Below, in pieces: positions 10,217 to 19,739 of a DNA stretch of 64,000 nucleotides; the stretch's first letter is position 1; each line of letters starts with the position of its first letter. A program made the position numbers and the translations under genes. The stretch comes from Dysosmobacter segnis (GTDB lineage: Bacteria > Actinomycetota > Actinomycetes > Actinomycetales > Bifidobacteriaceae). Under the pieces are notes generated by a model. The model was not told the DNA's origin. It saw nothing but the letters and a program-made list of their open reading frames with translations, and made no database searches. The DNA lies in the NCBI GenBank assembly GCA_963590945.1, contig CAVAQZ010000001.1, positions 23,220 to 87,219 of the forward strand, read 5' to 3'.

Positions 10217-10576
10217 CTAGAAATATCGAATCGCCTTGCCCACGACCCTTGCCGGCAGCACTCCTGCAGGATCGGGCGCAATCGGGCATTGCACCGTTAC
10301 GGCAACGCTGTCGGAACCAACCACGAACGACACCGAGGAACCTTCCACCGCGGCGGCCAACGCGGCGTTTCGGGCGCGGGCCTCGCCATCGGCCCCGATC
10401 ACCGTCATGGCACGGGCTCCGGCAGCGGCGGCGTCCTGGCAATTCATGGACACCACGGACGCACGCCCCAAGCACAGCACCAACATCGCCACCACCGCAA
10501 CGCAGGGAAGCACCACCGCGAATTCCGCGGTGGCGGATCCCTCGTCATAGCGTCGTTTCCACCATGACGTCAGCAT
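10217..10576 (-). CDS. tadE: TadE-like pseudopilin
   Basis: DEG|SATAEFAVVLP prepilin motif, CQDAAAAGAR. Confidence 0.85.
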   Translation of the reverse strand: MLTSWWKRRYDEGSATAEFAVVLPCVAVVAMLVLCLGRASVVSMNCQDAAAAGARAMTVIGADGEARARNAALAAAVEGSSVSFVVGSDSVAVTVQCPIAPDPAGVLPARVVGKAIRYF

Positions 10577-10579
10577 GTT

Positions 10580-10870
10580 CTACCCCACGCTGAGCGCTTT
10601 CTTGATGATGTTGGTCAGCAGCGTCTTGATGGCATCGGATTTCATGATGCCCACCAATACCGCAGCGAATCCGGTCGCGGCAACCAACACGACCGCGTAT
10701 TCGGCGGTAGCGGCGCCTTCCTCCGGTTCAGCGGTCAGCATGCGCATACGTGAATCCAGCAGGCATACCGTTTTGTAGGATTTTTCCTTGATATCGAGCA
10801 TTCGCCGTCCGACACGAACCATCATGCCCGATGAACCATCAACATTGATTGGCGTTATATCGCTCATCAT
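10580..10870 (-). CDS. flp: Flp pilin precursor (DUF4244-type)
   Basis: EEG|AATAEYAVV Flp motif followed by a hydrophobic helix; RBS GAAAGGAG. Confidence 0.88.
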   Translation of the reverse strand: MMSDITPINVDGSSGMMVRVGRRMLDIKEKSYKTVCLLDSRMRMLTAEPEEGAATAEYAVVLVAATGFAAVLVGIMKSDAIKTLLTNIIKKALSVG

Positions 10871-10959
10871 GCTCCTTTCGTATGAATGATCCCGATCGAA
10901 TGACCAGGTGAGTTCAGTCTTGCGTACCGGAGCCGCAGGATGCGCGGTTTCCCGGGGTT

Positions 10960-11015
10960 GTGGTCGGAGAAGGCGAGTTATCCACAGGTTTGGCGTGTCG
11001 CCGAAGTTATCCACA
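10960..11015 (-). promoter_or_regulatory. Tandem DnaA-box element upstream of flp (copy 1)
   Basis: TTATCCACA at 10978-10986 and 11007-11015, preceded by TGTGGTCGGAGAA. Confidence 0.7.
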
Positions 11016-11081
11016 TTCCAAAGGCACGTCCACTTAAGTTCGAAGACGCCGCCGGTCGGCACGCGTCGATGCCAACGGAAA

Positions 11082-11609
11082 TCACCCGAAGAACGACGCC
11101 ATCGACGGAATGATTCCCAACGCCATGAACGCCGGGAGGAAGCACAAACCGGTCGGCAGCAGCAGTTTGATCGACAATTTGGCGGCTGATTGTTCTATGC
11201 GGGAGCGCTCATTCCAATCGATCTGTTCCACCGCCGCGTCCAACCGGTTCACCGGAGACGAACCGTTTCGCCATGACGAGGCGAACGCGTCCCGGACCAA
11301 CGCAAGATCCCCCTCATCCGGCCATGCATCATCCCAATCGACACCTTGATTAAGGTTCCTGCCGACCGACTGGAGTCCATCACCGAACCTGCCGGAGACG
11401 ATTTCCCCGACCGCGATCAGCGCACGCGGAATGGACGAACCCTGCCGTATGGCCACGGACAGCATCTCCAGAACCAACGGCAACGGCACTTCCTGCAATC
11501 GTTCACCCACTCCAGGCATCTCACGAATCGGAGTCCACCGCCATAGCCAGACGGCCTGCGCGGCAAAAACCGAAGCAATCAGCACCCAAATCCACGCCGT
11601 TTCAATCAT
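11082..11609 (-). CDS. tadC: TadC-like type II secretion system F family protein
   Basis: AAKLSIKLLLPTGLCFLPAF motif; ATGA overlap with tadB stop; RBS GAAAGGA. Confidence 0.85.
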   Translation of the reverse strand: MIETAWIWVLIASVFAAQAVWLWRWTPIREMPGVGERLQEVPLPLVLEMLSVAIRQGSSIPRALIAVGEIVSGRFGDGLQSVGRNLNQGVDWDDAWPDEGDLALVRDAFASSWRNGSSPVNRLDAAVEQIDWNERSRIEQSAAKLSIKLLLPTGLCFLPAFMALGIIPSMASFFG

Positions 11610-12448
11610 GTTGTTCCTTTCATCAACGCCCTCACCCACAGCAGTCCCAGCGCATAGCAACATGCCGCGAACCCCAGGCACAGCAATCCTTTGGCATTCC
11701 CAAACAAAAAAGCGAACGGCCTTGCACCAATCCCCTCCCCCAACAGCAGCGTCACCAACGGCAATGCAAGCAGCAGTTTCACCGTGGCCTGCGGCATGGC
11801 GAACACGTTGGCGCGCAGGTCATCCATCAAACGCCGCCGTTTCAGCGACGAGGCAACCACATCCAGACAATGGCCCGTCTCACAGCCCAAATCGGCGCTC
11901 AGCCGGCATGCCGCGTACAACTCCTCGCTGAGCAGGTCGGCCTGGTCACGTCGTTCTTGGGGCAGACTGCGAGCGCGCACAACCAGGCGGATGCGAAAGG
12001 GCGTCAATTCGGCTGTGGCAAAAGGCTCTCCACCGAGCTCTTCGAAAGCGCCCACCAACGTGGCCCCGCTTTTCACGGAAGCCTGCAGCGCGGACACACA
12101 TGCCACCCCACCTATCGGTGGCAGGTATGGCACGACCGTTCCCGCCGGTTCATCCGGTTCAGCCGGTCCATCCGGTTCAGCCGGTCCAGCCAATTCAGTC
12201 GGTTCAGCCAATTCAGCCATCTTGGCTATATTGGCGGCCCCAACCGTTCCGGCCATCCCGACCACCCCGGCCTTTCCAGCCGTCACAGACGGATCATGCA
12301 TACCGTGTTCAGACGGAATCTCCGCACCAATCATGGCTCCCATGCGCGGTATACGGCCATTCGCTCCGCATCTTGGCCAAAGCCATACCGCCATGCCGAT
12401 CAACACGGATGCCGTCAACGACCACACAAACCACACAGCGAAAGTCAC
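11606..12448 (-). CDS. tadB: TadB-like pilus assembly membrane protein
   Basis: PQATVKLLLALP...G..P motif, C-terminal TM helices, position between tadA and tadC. Confidence 0.8.
   Translation of the reverse strand: MTFAVWFVWSLTASVLIGMAVWLWPRCGANGRIPRMGAMIGAEIPSEHGMHDPSVTAGKAGVVGMAGTVGAANIAKMAELAEPTELAGPAEPDGPAEPDEPAGTVVPYLPPIGGVACVSALQASVKSGATLVGAFEELGGEPFATAELTPFRIRLVVRARSLPQERRDQADLLSEELYAACRLSADLGCETGHCLDVVASSLKRRRLMDDLRANVFAMPQATVKLLLALPLVTLLLGEGIGARPFAFLFGNAKGLLCLGFAACCYALGLLWVRALMKGTT
12144..12215. repeat. Degenerate 9-bp tandem repeat x8 in tadB
   Basis: GCCGGTTCA/TCCGGTTCA/GCCGGTCCA/GCCAATTCA units. Confidence 0.8.
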
Positions 12449-12461
12449 CTCGCTTCCTCAT

Positions 12462-13472
12462 CTAAACTCTCCGCACGGGATCTTTCGCTTGGAATTCCCC
12501 GTCCAGGAGATCAAGCCACCGTCCACTTTCCTGAACCTGTTTTCCGTCCCAGGAGGCCAGCGCGCGCCCAGTCAACCGGCCTTCATCCGACTCCAGGCAT
12601 CCGATCTGCGCAAGTCGTCTTTTTCCATCCACCCGTTCAACGTGCAGTACCACATCGAACGCGTCTTCGGCGAGCGCGGCCGTTGCCCTGGGCTCCAGTC
12701 CGGCGAGCAATCCCAGTGAAACCAACCGTGACGGCACCGCGCCCACATGGTTGGCATGCAGGGTGGTCATGCTTCCGCGATGTCCGGAATTCAAGGCTCT
12801 GAGCAGGTCCGCGATTTCAGCCCCTCTGCATTCGCCGACGATTATGCGGTCTGGCCGCATGCGCAATGTCGCCGCGATCAATTGGGACAATCCTATGGCT
12901 CCCGCGCCCTCCATATTGGCTTCGCGGGTTACCAGTGAAACATGGTTGGTATGTTCGATCATGCCGAGTTCCCGTACTTCCTCGACGGTGATGATGCGCT
13001 CCGTCGGCGCGCATTGTTTGAGCAGCGCTTTGAGCAATGTGGTCTTGCCCGCGCCCGTGCCACCGGTTATGAGGATGCTGGTTTGGCGTGCCACCAGCGC
13101 GTTAAGTGCGGGCAGCCAGTTCGAGGGGAACATGCCGTTGTTCGACAATGATCGCAGGCTTGGCCGCGCAACGTCCGGCAGTCGTATGCTGATGGCCGCG
13201 CCTTGTGGAACCAACGGAGCGATGACCGCGTGCACACGCACGCCTTCCACCGTCGACGCGTCGGCGATCGGGCATGCGTCGTCGAGTCTTTTGCCCAGCT
13301 GCGAGCATAATCGCACCGCGAATTCACGGATTGCGTGCGGGCTGGGGAACGGGTGCGAAACGCATGGGGTCATGCCTTGTCCCCAATCCGCCCACACCGT
13401 GCCATCGCAGGTGACGGCAATGTCGGTCACTCCCGGTTCTTCCGCCAACCTGCTAAGGGGACCGAGTTCCAT
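12462..13472 (-). CDS. tadA: TadA/CpaF pilus assembly ATPase
   Basis: GGTGAGKTT Walker A, TVEEVREL, LRMRPDRIIVGECRG, SGHRGSMTTLHA. Confidence 0.93.
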   Translation of the reverse strand: MELGPLSRLAEEPGVTDIAVTCDGTVWADWGQGMTPCVSHPFPSPHAIREFAVRLCSQLGKRLDDACPIADASTVEGVRVHAVIAPLVPQGAAISIRLPDVARPSLRSLSNNGMFPSNWLPALNALVARQTSILITGGTGAGKTTLLKALLKQCAPTERIITVEEVRELGMIEHTNHVSLVTREANMEGAGAIGLSQLIAATLRMRPDRIIVGECRGAEIADLLRALNSGHRGSMTTLHANHVGAVPSRLVSLGLLAGLEPRATAALAEDAFDVVLHVERVDGKRRLAQIGCLESDEGRLTGRALASWDGKQVQESGRWLDLLDGEFQAKDPVRRV

Positions 13473-14532
13473 GTTTTCTCCGCTTGTTTTCCAGCTGTTC
13501 CAATATGAAGTCGGTACATGTTCGAATCGCTTTGGCCGTCGATCTATTGGGATTCCGCAGGCCAAGGCCTTCCAATTGTTCACTGCATAGACGCGCGTCC
13601 GGCTGTATGACGGCCGGGATGTCGCATTCGAGATAGTCTTCCGCTTCTCCGATTTCCGTTATGCCGCGTCCACGCAAGGTGCCTCTGGGCTCGGCTCCCA
13701 CCACCAATATGCGGTTCGCGTCTTCGGCGGATCCGCCTTGCGTCTGGATCGAGGAGCGCAGCATGGTTTTGGCACGCGCCAATCCCAGCACCGTCAGCTC
13801 CACCACAACGATGCGCGCACATTGGTCGAGTTCCGTGACTTCCCGCAGTCCAACGCGCTGCGCCACATCCACGATCACGACATCGCGCACCTGCGAAAGC
13901 GCCTGGACGCAGGCCCTCATATCCCACGATTGCGGATTGCCCGTTTTCCACGGATCGCAGGATAGTATCGGCACGCCATCCCATGAGGGCATCTCCCTCA
14001 ACAACGCCTTGCCGTTCACATTGCCCAACGGAGCGTTGATGTCGCCGAATCGGGTTCCGTCCTCGTTTTCGATTCCCAGCAGCACATCGAGTCCGCCTCC
14101 CTGCAGGTCGGCATCGACGAGCGCGCATGCGGCACCGTATTGAACAAGATTCCGTGCCAGCAGCGACGACAGCGTGCTGACGCCCACCCCCGAAACAGCC
14201 GATTCCACAGTCACCACATTATTCGGCACGTTGTTTGGCGAGGGTCCGAGGTCGCGCAACCCATTACCTCCCGTTCCGTTCGGCCCCGGCGGGCTGTCCG
14301 GCGCCGACGGCCCGGCGGCTCCGACTGGCCCGGTTCCTCCCAACGAGCCTGTTTGGGATGATCCGTACCGCCATCTTTCGTCAGCGGCCCCGTCGGGCGT
14401 GTAGAAACGTTGGGGTGGTGCCTTCCCGTAATCCGCATCGTCGTATCTGAACCTCTGCCGTCCAAGGTCCATCCGCTCAATGTCGGCCTGATCGAATCCC
14501 GCCTGACCGGCGTAACGCATCGTGGTGTTCAT
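13453..14532 (-). CDS. tadZ: TadZ/Ssd (septum site-determining, MinD-like) protein; start uncertain
   Basis: Degenerate Walker A SGVGVST, LVDADLQGGGLDVLLG, VIVD; first gene of the tad operon. Confidence 0.82.
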   Translation of the reverse strand: MNTTMRYAGQAGFDQADIERMDLGRQRFRYDDADYGKAPPQRFYTPDGAADERWRYGSSQTGSLGGTGPVGAAGPSAPDSPPGPNGTGGNGLRDLGPSPNNVPNNVVTVESAVSGVGVSTLSSLLARNLVQYGAACALVDADLQGGGLDVLLGIENEDGTRFGDINAPLGNVNGKALLREMPSWDGVPILSCDPWKTGNPQSWDMRACVQALSQVRDVVIVDVAQRVGLREVTELDQCARIVVVELTVLGLARAKTMLRSSIQTQGGSAEDANRILVVGAEPRGTLRGRGITEIGEAEDYLECDIPAVIQPDARLCSEQLEGLGLRNPNRSTAKAIRTCTDFILEQLENKRRKHGTRSP

Positions 14533-14583
14533 GTATCCGATTGAAGAAGACCGTGCGTCTCGCACGCAACCTGATTCGGCCCC

Positions 14584-14641
14584 TGTGGTCGGAGAACGCG
14601 GGTTATCCACAGTTTCAGCGCGTCACGCAGCCTTATCCACA
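14584..14641 (-). promoter_or_regulatory. Tandem DnaA-box element upstream of tadZ (copy 2)
   Basis: TTATCCACA at 14603-14611 and 14633-14641, preceded by TGTGGTCGGAGAA. Confidence 0.7.
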
Positions 14642-14703
14642 AGCGAATATCGAGAGATCATCCCGCCGAGGACGCGAAACATGTAAAGTCCGGGCAAAAT
14701 CCT

Positions 14704-14737
14704 GGGTTATAGGGTTATAGGGTTATAGGGTTATAGG
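14704..14737. repeat. 8-bp tandem repeat (GGGTTATA)x4
   Basis: Four perfect copies plus GG. Confidence 0.95.
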
Positions 14738-14777
14738 CCAAAATCCTTGAAACTGGTCCATGGAGCCAGACCCGGGA

Positions 14778-14812
14778 CAAAAGAAAAGACCCGCCGAAGC
14801 GGGCCTTTTCTT
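14778..14812 (-). terminator. Rho-independent terminator
   Basis: Minus strand GGCCCGC-TTCG-GCGGGTC followed by TTTTCTTTTG. Confidence 0.85.
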
Positions 14813-14945
14813 CCAAGAATCCGAGAGCAGAATCGCTGCACAACAACATCGTCGTAACGGTAAGTCTATCCAATGCCCGTTCAACGTAACGACCTATCTT
14901 GGCCATACACTCTTTGTGGGCTCTGCTCTTCGGTTGTTCTTGTAC
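14778..14945 (-). ncRNA. Candidate Ms1/6S-like long-hairpin RNA
   Basis: Promoter-like TTGCGA-N16-CATAAT, long closing stem, apical stem, intrinsic terminator, located upstream of ssd/tadZ. Confidence 0.6.
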
Positions 14946-15230
14946 TTCGTAATTATGCTCACTATCGAATCAATCGCAAATCGGAACGCGCGGATGTTCC
15001 GTATTTATCCAAACTGTTTCTTTTCGATTGCGAGAATCACGGAAAATGCACCATCATGTGCGAAACAGACAACGCGTTTGTTAGATTACGTTCGTTTCAG
15101 CCATAAAAACGGCGTGTCGCCATGGCATTTTCCACAACTTTTCCAAAACAAGCAGTCAATTGTAAACTCCCTCTAAATTCTGCGGACTTTTGCGGGCTTT
15201 CACCACATCAAAGGAATAAAGTAGAACACT

Positions 15231-17465
15231 ATGGCACAGATTTTTGACGCACCCTCGAAGGCGATCCTGCGCAGCCAAATAGCTGAGCACATCGCAGAAA
15301 CAGACAAGAACGACAAGCGGGAGCTGCAAGCCGGCGAAGAGCCGCTTCCCAACGACCGCTTCTTCGACCGCGAGCTGAGCTGGCTGAAGTTCAACAAGCG
15401 AGTCCTCGAACTGGCCCAGGATGAAGACCTGCCGATCATCGAACGCGCGAGCTTCGCCGCGATCTTCGCGAACAACCTCGACGAGTTCTTCATGGTTCGA
15501 GTGGCCGGCCTCAAGCGCCGCATCGACACCGGCATCGCCGTCACCGCGGCGTCGGGCCTGAGCCCCCGCCAGCAGCTGCGCGCGATCAGCGAGCAGGCCC
15601 ACCGTCTGCAGGACGAGCACGCCCACTACGTGATCAACCACATCCTGCCGGACCTGGCCAAGGAGAGAATAGTCCTTCTGAGCTGGGACAAGCTCACCGC
15701 AGCGGAGCAGGAGCGTCTTTCGCGCTACTACCGCCAGCAGGTGTTCCCCGTCCTGACGCCGCTCGCCGTGGACCCGGCCCACCCGTTCCCGTACATTTCC
15801 GGCGGTTCCATCAACCTCGCCGTGTTGGTGGAGAATCCGACTTCCGGAAAGTCCCACTTCGCACGAGTGAAGATTCCCGGAAACCTGAACCGTCTCGTAC
15901 CGGTCGACGATCTGACCGACGACGATTCCGCCGAGGTCCGCTACGGCTTCATCACCATGGAGAACCTGATCATCGCCCACCTGGAATCCCTGTTCCCGGG
16001 CATGATCATCAAGGAAGCCCGTTCCTTCCGAGTGACCCGTAACGAAGACATCGACGTTGAAGAGGACGATGCGGAGAACCTGCTCAACGCCATGGAGAAG
16101 GAACTGCTGCGCCGACGTTTCGGACCGCCGATCCGTCTGGAGATCTCCGACGAAACCAGCCCGTTCCTCTCGCAGCTGCTCGCCGACCAGCTGCGCGTGA
16201 GCGCCGACGAAGTGTACCGTCTTCCGGCCCCGCTTGACGCGACCGTGCTGTTCGAGCTCGGCGGCATCGACCGTCCGGACCTGAAGTACCGTTCCTTCGT
16301 GCCGACCACGAACCGTCAGATCGCCGAGGTGGAATCGTCCCGCGCGCAAGACATCTTTGCGGCGATTCGCGAACGCGATATCCTCCTGCATCACCCGTAC
16401 GATTCGTTCTCTACCTCGGTTCAGGCGTTCCTAGCGCAGGCCGCCGCCGATCCGAAGGTGCTGGCCATCAAGCAGACGCTGTACCGCACGTCCAGCAACT
16501 CGCCGATCATCGACGCGCTCATCGACGCCGCCCATGCCGGCAAGCAGGTGCTCGCCTTGGTTGAGATCAAGGCGCGTTTCGACGAGGATGCCAACATCGC
16601 GTGGGCCCGCAAGCTCGAACGCGCGGGCGTGCACGTGGTGTACGGCATCGTCGGCCTGAAGACGCACTGCAAGCTGAGCCTCGTGGTCCGTCAGGAAGCC
16701 GACGGACTTCGCCGCTACTGCCACGTCGGCACCGGAAACTACAACCCGAAGACCGCGCGAATCTACACCGATCTGGGCATTCTGACCTGCGACCCGGTCG
16801 TCGGCCAGGACATGACCCGACTGTTCAACCAGCTGTCCGGCTATGCTCCGAAGTCAAGCTTCCACCGTCTTCTGGTCGCCCCGAGAACCGTCCGTTCCGG
16901 CCTGATCCAGCGCATCCGTCGCGAAGAGGACGCCGCACGCGCGGGCAAGGAAGCGTGGATCAAGATCAAGGTCAATTCCGTGGTCGACGAGAAGACCATC
17001 GACGCTTTGTACCGCGCAAGCCAGGCAGGCGTGAAGATCGACATCGTGGAACGTGGCATCTGCGCGCTCAAGCCGGGCGTTCCCGGACTCTCGGAGAACA
17101 TCCGCGTGCGTTCCATCCTCGGCCGCTTCCTCGAGCACAGCCGTATCTACGCGTTCGCCAACTCCGACGGCCCGCAGATCGGCGAGGGACCGGCATCCGG
17201 TCCGGAAGTGTGGATCGGTTCCGCCGATCTGATGCACCGCAACCTGGATCGTCGAGTCGAGGCTTTGGTACGTATCACCGCACCGGAGCAGATCGATGAG
17301 CTCATCAAGTACGTGGACCTGCAGATGGCCGATTCCACCGCATCCTGGCATATGGAGGCCGACGGCACCTACGTGCGCCACGCGAAGGATGAGGAAGGCC
17401 GACCGCTGGTCGATTGCCAGGAATACCTGATCAAGAGGCATTCCCGCCGCCCGTCGACGCACTGA
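15231..17465 (+). CDS. ppk: Polyphosphate kinase 1
   Basis: [60 protein letters not shown]. Confidence 0.97.
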   Translation: MAQIFDAPSKAILRSQIAEHIAETDKNDKRELQAGEEPLPNDRFFDRELSWLKFNKRVLELAQDEDLPIIERASFAAIFANNLDEFFMVRVAGLKRRIDTGIAVTAASGLSPRQQLRAISEQAHRLQDEHAHYVINHILPDLAKERIVLLSWDKLTAAEQERLSRYYRQQVFPVLTPLAVDPAHPFPYISGGSINLAVLVENPTSGKSHFARVKIPGNLNRLVPVDDLTDDDSAEVRYGFITMENLIIAHLESLFPGMIIKEARSFRVTRNEDIDVEEDDAENLLNAMEKELLRRRFGPPIRLEISDETSPFLSQLLADQLRVSADEVYRLPAPLDATVLFELGGIDRPDLKYRSFVPTTNRQIAEVESSRAQDIFAAIRERDILLHHPYDSFSTSVQAFLAQAAADPKVLAIKQTLYRTSSNSPIIDALIDAAHAGKQVLALVEIKARFDEDANIAWARKLERAGVHVVYGIVGLKTHCKLSLVVRQEADGLRRYCHVGTGNYNPKTARIYTDLGILTCDPVVGQDMTRLFNQLSGYAPKSSFHRLLVAPRTVRSGLIQRIRREEDAARAGKEAWIKIKVNSVVDEKTIDALYRASQAGVKIDIVERGICALKPGVPGLSENIRVRSILGRFLEHSRIYAFANSDGPQIGEGPASGPEVWIGSADLMHRNLDRRVEALVRITAPEQIDELIKYVDLQMADSTASWHMEADGTYVRHAKDEEGRPLVDCQEYLIKRHSRRPSTH

Positions 17466-17641
17466 CGCCATAAGACGTCGCAGAGACGCCATAGAAAAAG
17501 AAGGGGGTCGACCTCGCCGAATGAGCCGCGTGGTCGTTGAAATCCGATGATGAGGATTATTCGGATTTCAATGGTCGCGCAACGATTCAGGAAGGCGGGT
17601 CGGCCCTTCTTCGTACGTCCGCGAATCCTACAATGAAAGGC

Positions 17642-18730
17642 ATGAGCGAAGAGATGAGACGCATCGTGGAAGCCGCCGGCGGCATCGTATGGCGCTGGAA
17701 ATCCGGCAGCGAAATCGCCAAGAATCCGGCAATCGCAGCCGAAAAATCCACCAAGGAACAGCTCAACAGCATCGAAGTGTGCATCGTGCACCGTCCCAAA
17801 TACGACGACTGGAGCTGGCCGAAAGGCAAGCTTGAACAGGGCGAATCGCACAGGCATGCGGCCGTACGCGAGATCGGCGAGGAAACGGGCGTGCCGATCG
17901 CCCTTGGACCATATCTGGGCGAGGTGGAGTACCCGCTGGCCGACGAAGGCAAGAAAACCCGCCATTCGCATGATCGCACCGTAGACACCAAGCATTCGAT
18001 GTATTGGATGGCCAAGCCGATTTCCGACGCCGACGCGGAACGGCTGGCCGACGCGTTCGGGCCGGTGCAACGCGCGGACGTCGGCGAAATCAACGATGTG
18101 GTGTGGGTGTCCCCTCGCGAAGCCAGAAAGAAACTGACCCATTCAACCGACAAAGACATCCTCGCCACGTTCGTCGACCGCATCGAGGAAGGCGCCGCGA
18201 CCGCGCAGAATCTGCTGCTCGTGCGCCACGCGAAAGCCGAGTCGCGCAAATCGTGGAAGGGAACCGACGCCAATCGGCCGATCACACCGAAGGGCGCGGC
18301 GGCTGCGTTCGCGCTCAATCGCGAACTGGCCTGCTACAGCCCTGACCGGCTGGCCACATCACCGTGGCTGCGCTGCCAGGAAACGTTGCAGGTGCTGAGC
18401 TGGCAGACCGGACTTCCGCTGGAATACGTGGACGAACTCACGGAAGACGCCTTCGCCGATCATCCAAGCAAATCCTGGATCGCGTTCCGAAACCAAATCG
18501 AACAGACTCTGGAATCCCGCCAGACCACGGCGATCTGCATGCATCGCCCGGTGATCGGCGGCATGTTCGACCATCTGCGTGGCCTGTGCTCACGCAAGCA
18601 ACTCGCCAAGCAACTCATCGCGAAATCGCCGTACATGCCCACCGGAACGGCCATCGCGATGTTTATAATCAACACGCCGCAAGGTTTCAGCATCATCGAT
18701 ATTCAAAAGGTCACGCCACTTGTCTACTAA
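17642..18730 (+). CDS. NUDIX hydrolase fused to histidine-phosphatase domain (MutT1-like); start may lie further upstream
   Basis: [14 protein letters not shown]...[11 protein letters not shown]udix box; LVRHAKA phosphatase motif. Confidence 0.88.
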   Translation: MSEEMRRIVEAAGGIVWRWKSGSEIAKNPAIAAEKSTKEQLNSIEVCIVHRPKYDDWSWPKGKLEQGESHRHAAVREIGEETGVPIALGPYLGEVEYPLADEGKKTRHSHDRTVDTKHSMYWMAKPISDADAERLADAFGPVQRADVGEINDVVWVSPREARKKLTHSTDKDILATFVDRIEEGAATAQNLLLVRHAKAESRKSWKGTDANRPITPKGAAAAFALNRELACYSPDRLATSPWLRCQETLQVLSWQTGLPLEYVDELTEDAFADHPSKSWIAFRNQIEQTLESRQTTAICMHRPVIGGMFDHLRGLCSRKQLAKQLIAKSPYMPTGTAIAMFIINTPQGFSIIDIQKVTPLVY

Positions 18731-18731
18731 C

Positions 18732-19511
18732 ATGCACTACGGCTCCGGGTCCGTCATTCCAAGCCGTTCCGCTGGATTCACGAACACCGGCTCGCCGCGA
18801 CCGGCACGCCCCGGACAGCTCGACCAAATGATGGCCGACAGCATCGCGGGAGGCGCGGATCCCGCGCAGATCAGCGAAATGAGCCACGCCTCCGCGGCCG
18901 CCTTGCTGGACAAGGTGCATCATACGCAGGATACACAACTGGTGGAGCGCGTGCTCACGCTGGTGGACCGCGAGGGAGTGGATGTGATCGCGGAATTGTG
19001 GAGCCATGCGGAACCGGATTCGCTTCCGGGAATCATGTGGCGGCTGTACGTGATGCGCACCTGGATGCGCAAGAACCGCGATTCCATAGCCCGTCTGTGG
19101 CGCGTCGGAGAGCCCGTGGCCACTTCCGCTTCCGCGATTGCCGGCGTCGATCAGGCACCGACCGAAGACGACATCGCCGCCATCGCCGATTCGATTCTCG
19201 CCGGTGCGTTCACCGGAGATTTCGCCGTCGCGTTGGAACGTGCGGCGGCGTTCACCGACGTGGTTGCGTTGGGATTGCGCATTGAGGCACGCAGGATGAT
19301 CAAGCGGTTGGAATCCGGTGCGATCGAATCCGGATCGGATTCCCAGATCGCGCCGGTCTCCGCAACCGCTTCCGCCCCGGCGGCCGGCGCTATGGAAAAG
19401 CGGATTCGCATGAAGGCCTCACGTCTTATGCATACGGCCGGGAACCTGTTCGCCACGGCCAAGGATTTCCGTCATGGCGCCAATCTGTGGCGGCGGGGGC
19501 GTTTGGAGTAG
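18732..19511 (+). CDS. Conserved-looking hypothetical protein
   Basis: Clean codon bias, follows the NUDIX gene by 1 nt, motifs LPGIMWRLY and GAFTGDFAVALERAAAF. Confidence 0.7.
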   Translation: MHYGSGSVIPSRSAGFTNTGSPRPARPGQLDQMMADSIAGGADPAQISEMSHASAAALLDKVHHTQDTQLVERVLTLVDREGVDVIAELWSHAEPDSLPGIMWRLYVMRTWMRKNRDSIARLWRVGEPVATSASAIAGVDQAPTEDDIAAIADSILAGAFTGDFAVALERAAAFTDVVALGLRIEARRMIKRLESGAIESGSDSQIAPVSATASAPAAGAMEKRIRMKASRLMHTAGNLFATAKDFRHGANLWRRGRLE

Positions 19512-19652
19512 GATCGGCCCGCATCGCACCGGTCAAAACGATCAAAACGATCAAAGATACTAAAGAGTCCCGCGCCTCGCCGCCATGGTCCGTGCGACAC
19601 GTTTCTCATGAGGGGATACCGGTAAGTCCTACGCGACTGTACAATAAGTATC

Positions 19653-19739
19653 TGCGCCGGGCCATGCATAGCCCCGGGCTCCATTTTTTGCCGCTGCGAG
19701 CGGCCTTTGCGCCGACAGGCGCTTTCGTGGTTCGGCGCA
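19653..19739 (+). ncRNA. Candidate structured small RNA (four-way junction)
   Basis: 14-bp closing stem with three internal hairpins, -10-like TACAAT at 19640-19645, pyrimidine-rich tail. Confidence 0.6.

Noticed and set aside
14704..14737. CRISPR array or true telomere
   Set aside because: 8-bp units without spacers, no cas genes, internal chromosomal position
14715..15176. Small ORFs in the tadZ-ppk intergenic region
   Set aside because: Atypical composition, no RBS, and they cross a strong terminator; an RNA gene explains the region better
19532..19568. Short 9-bp repeat (TCAAAACGA); similar weak periodic tracts at 55-105 and 43945-43985
   Set aside because: Only 2-4 degenerate copies; ordinary slippage-derived intergenic sequence
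19653..19739. tRNA, SRP RNA or upp riboswitch
   Set aside because: Lacks T-loop/D-loop/CCA and the SRP GGAA domain; lies ~190 nt from upp, which appears to have its own -10
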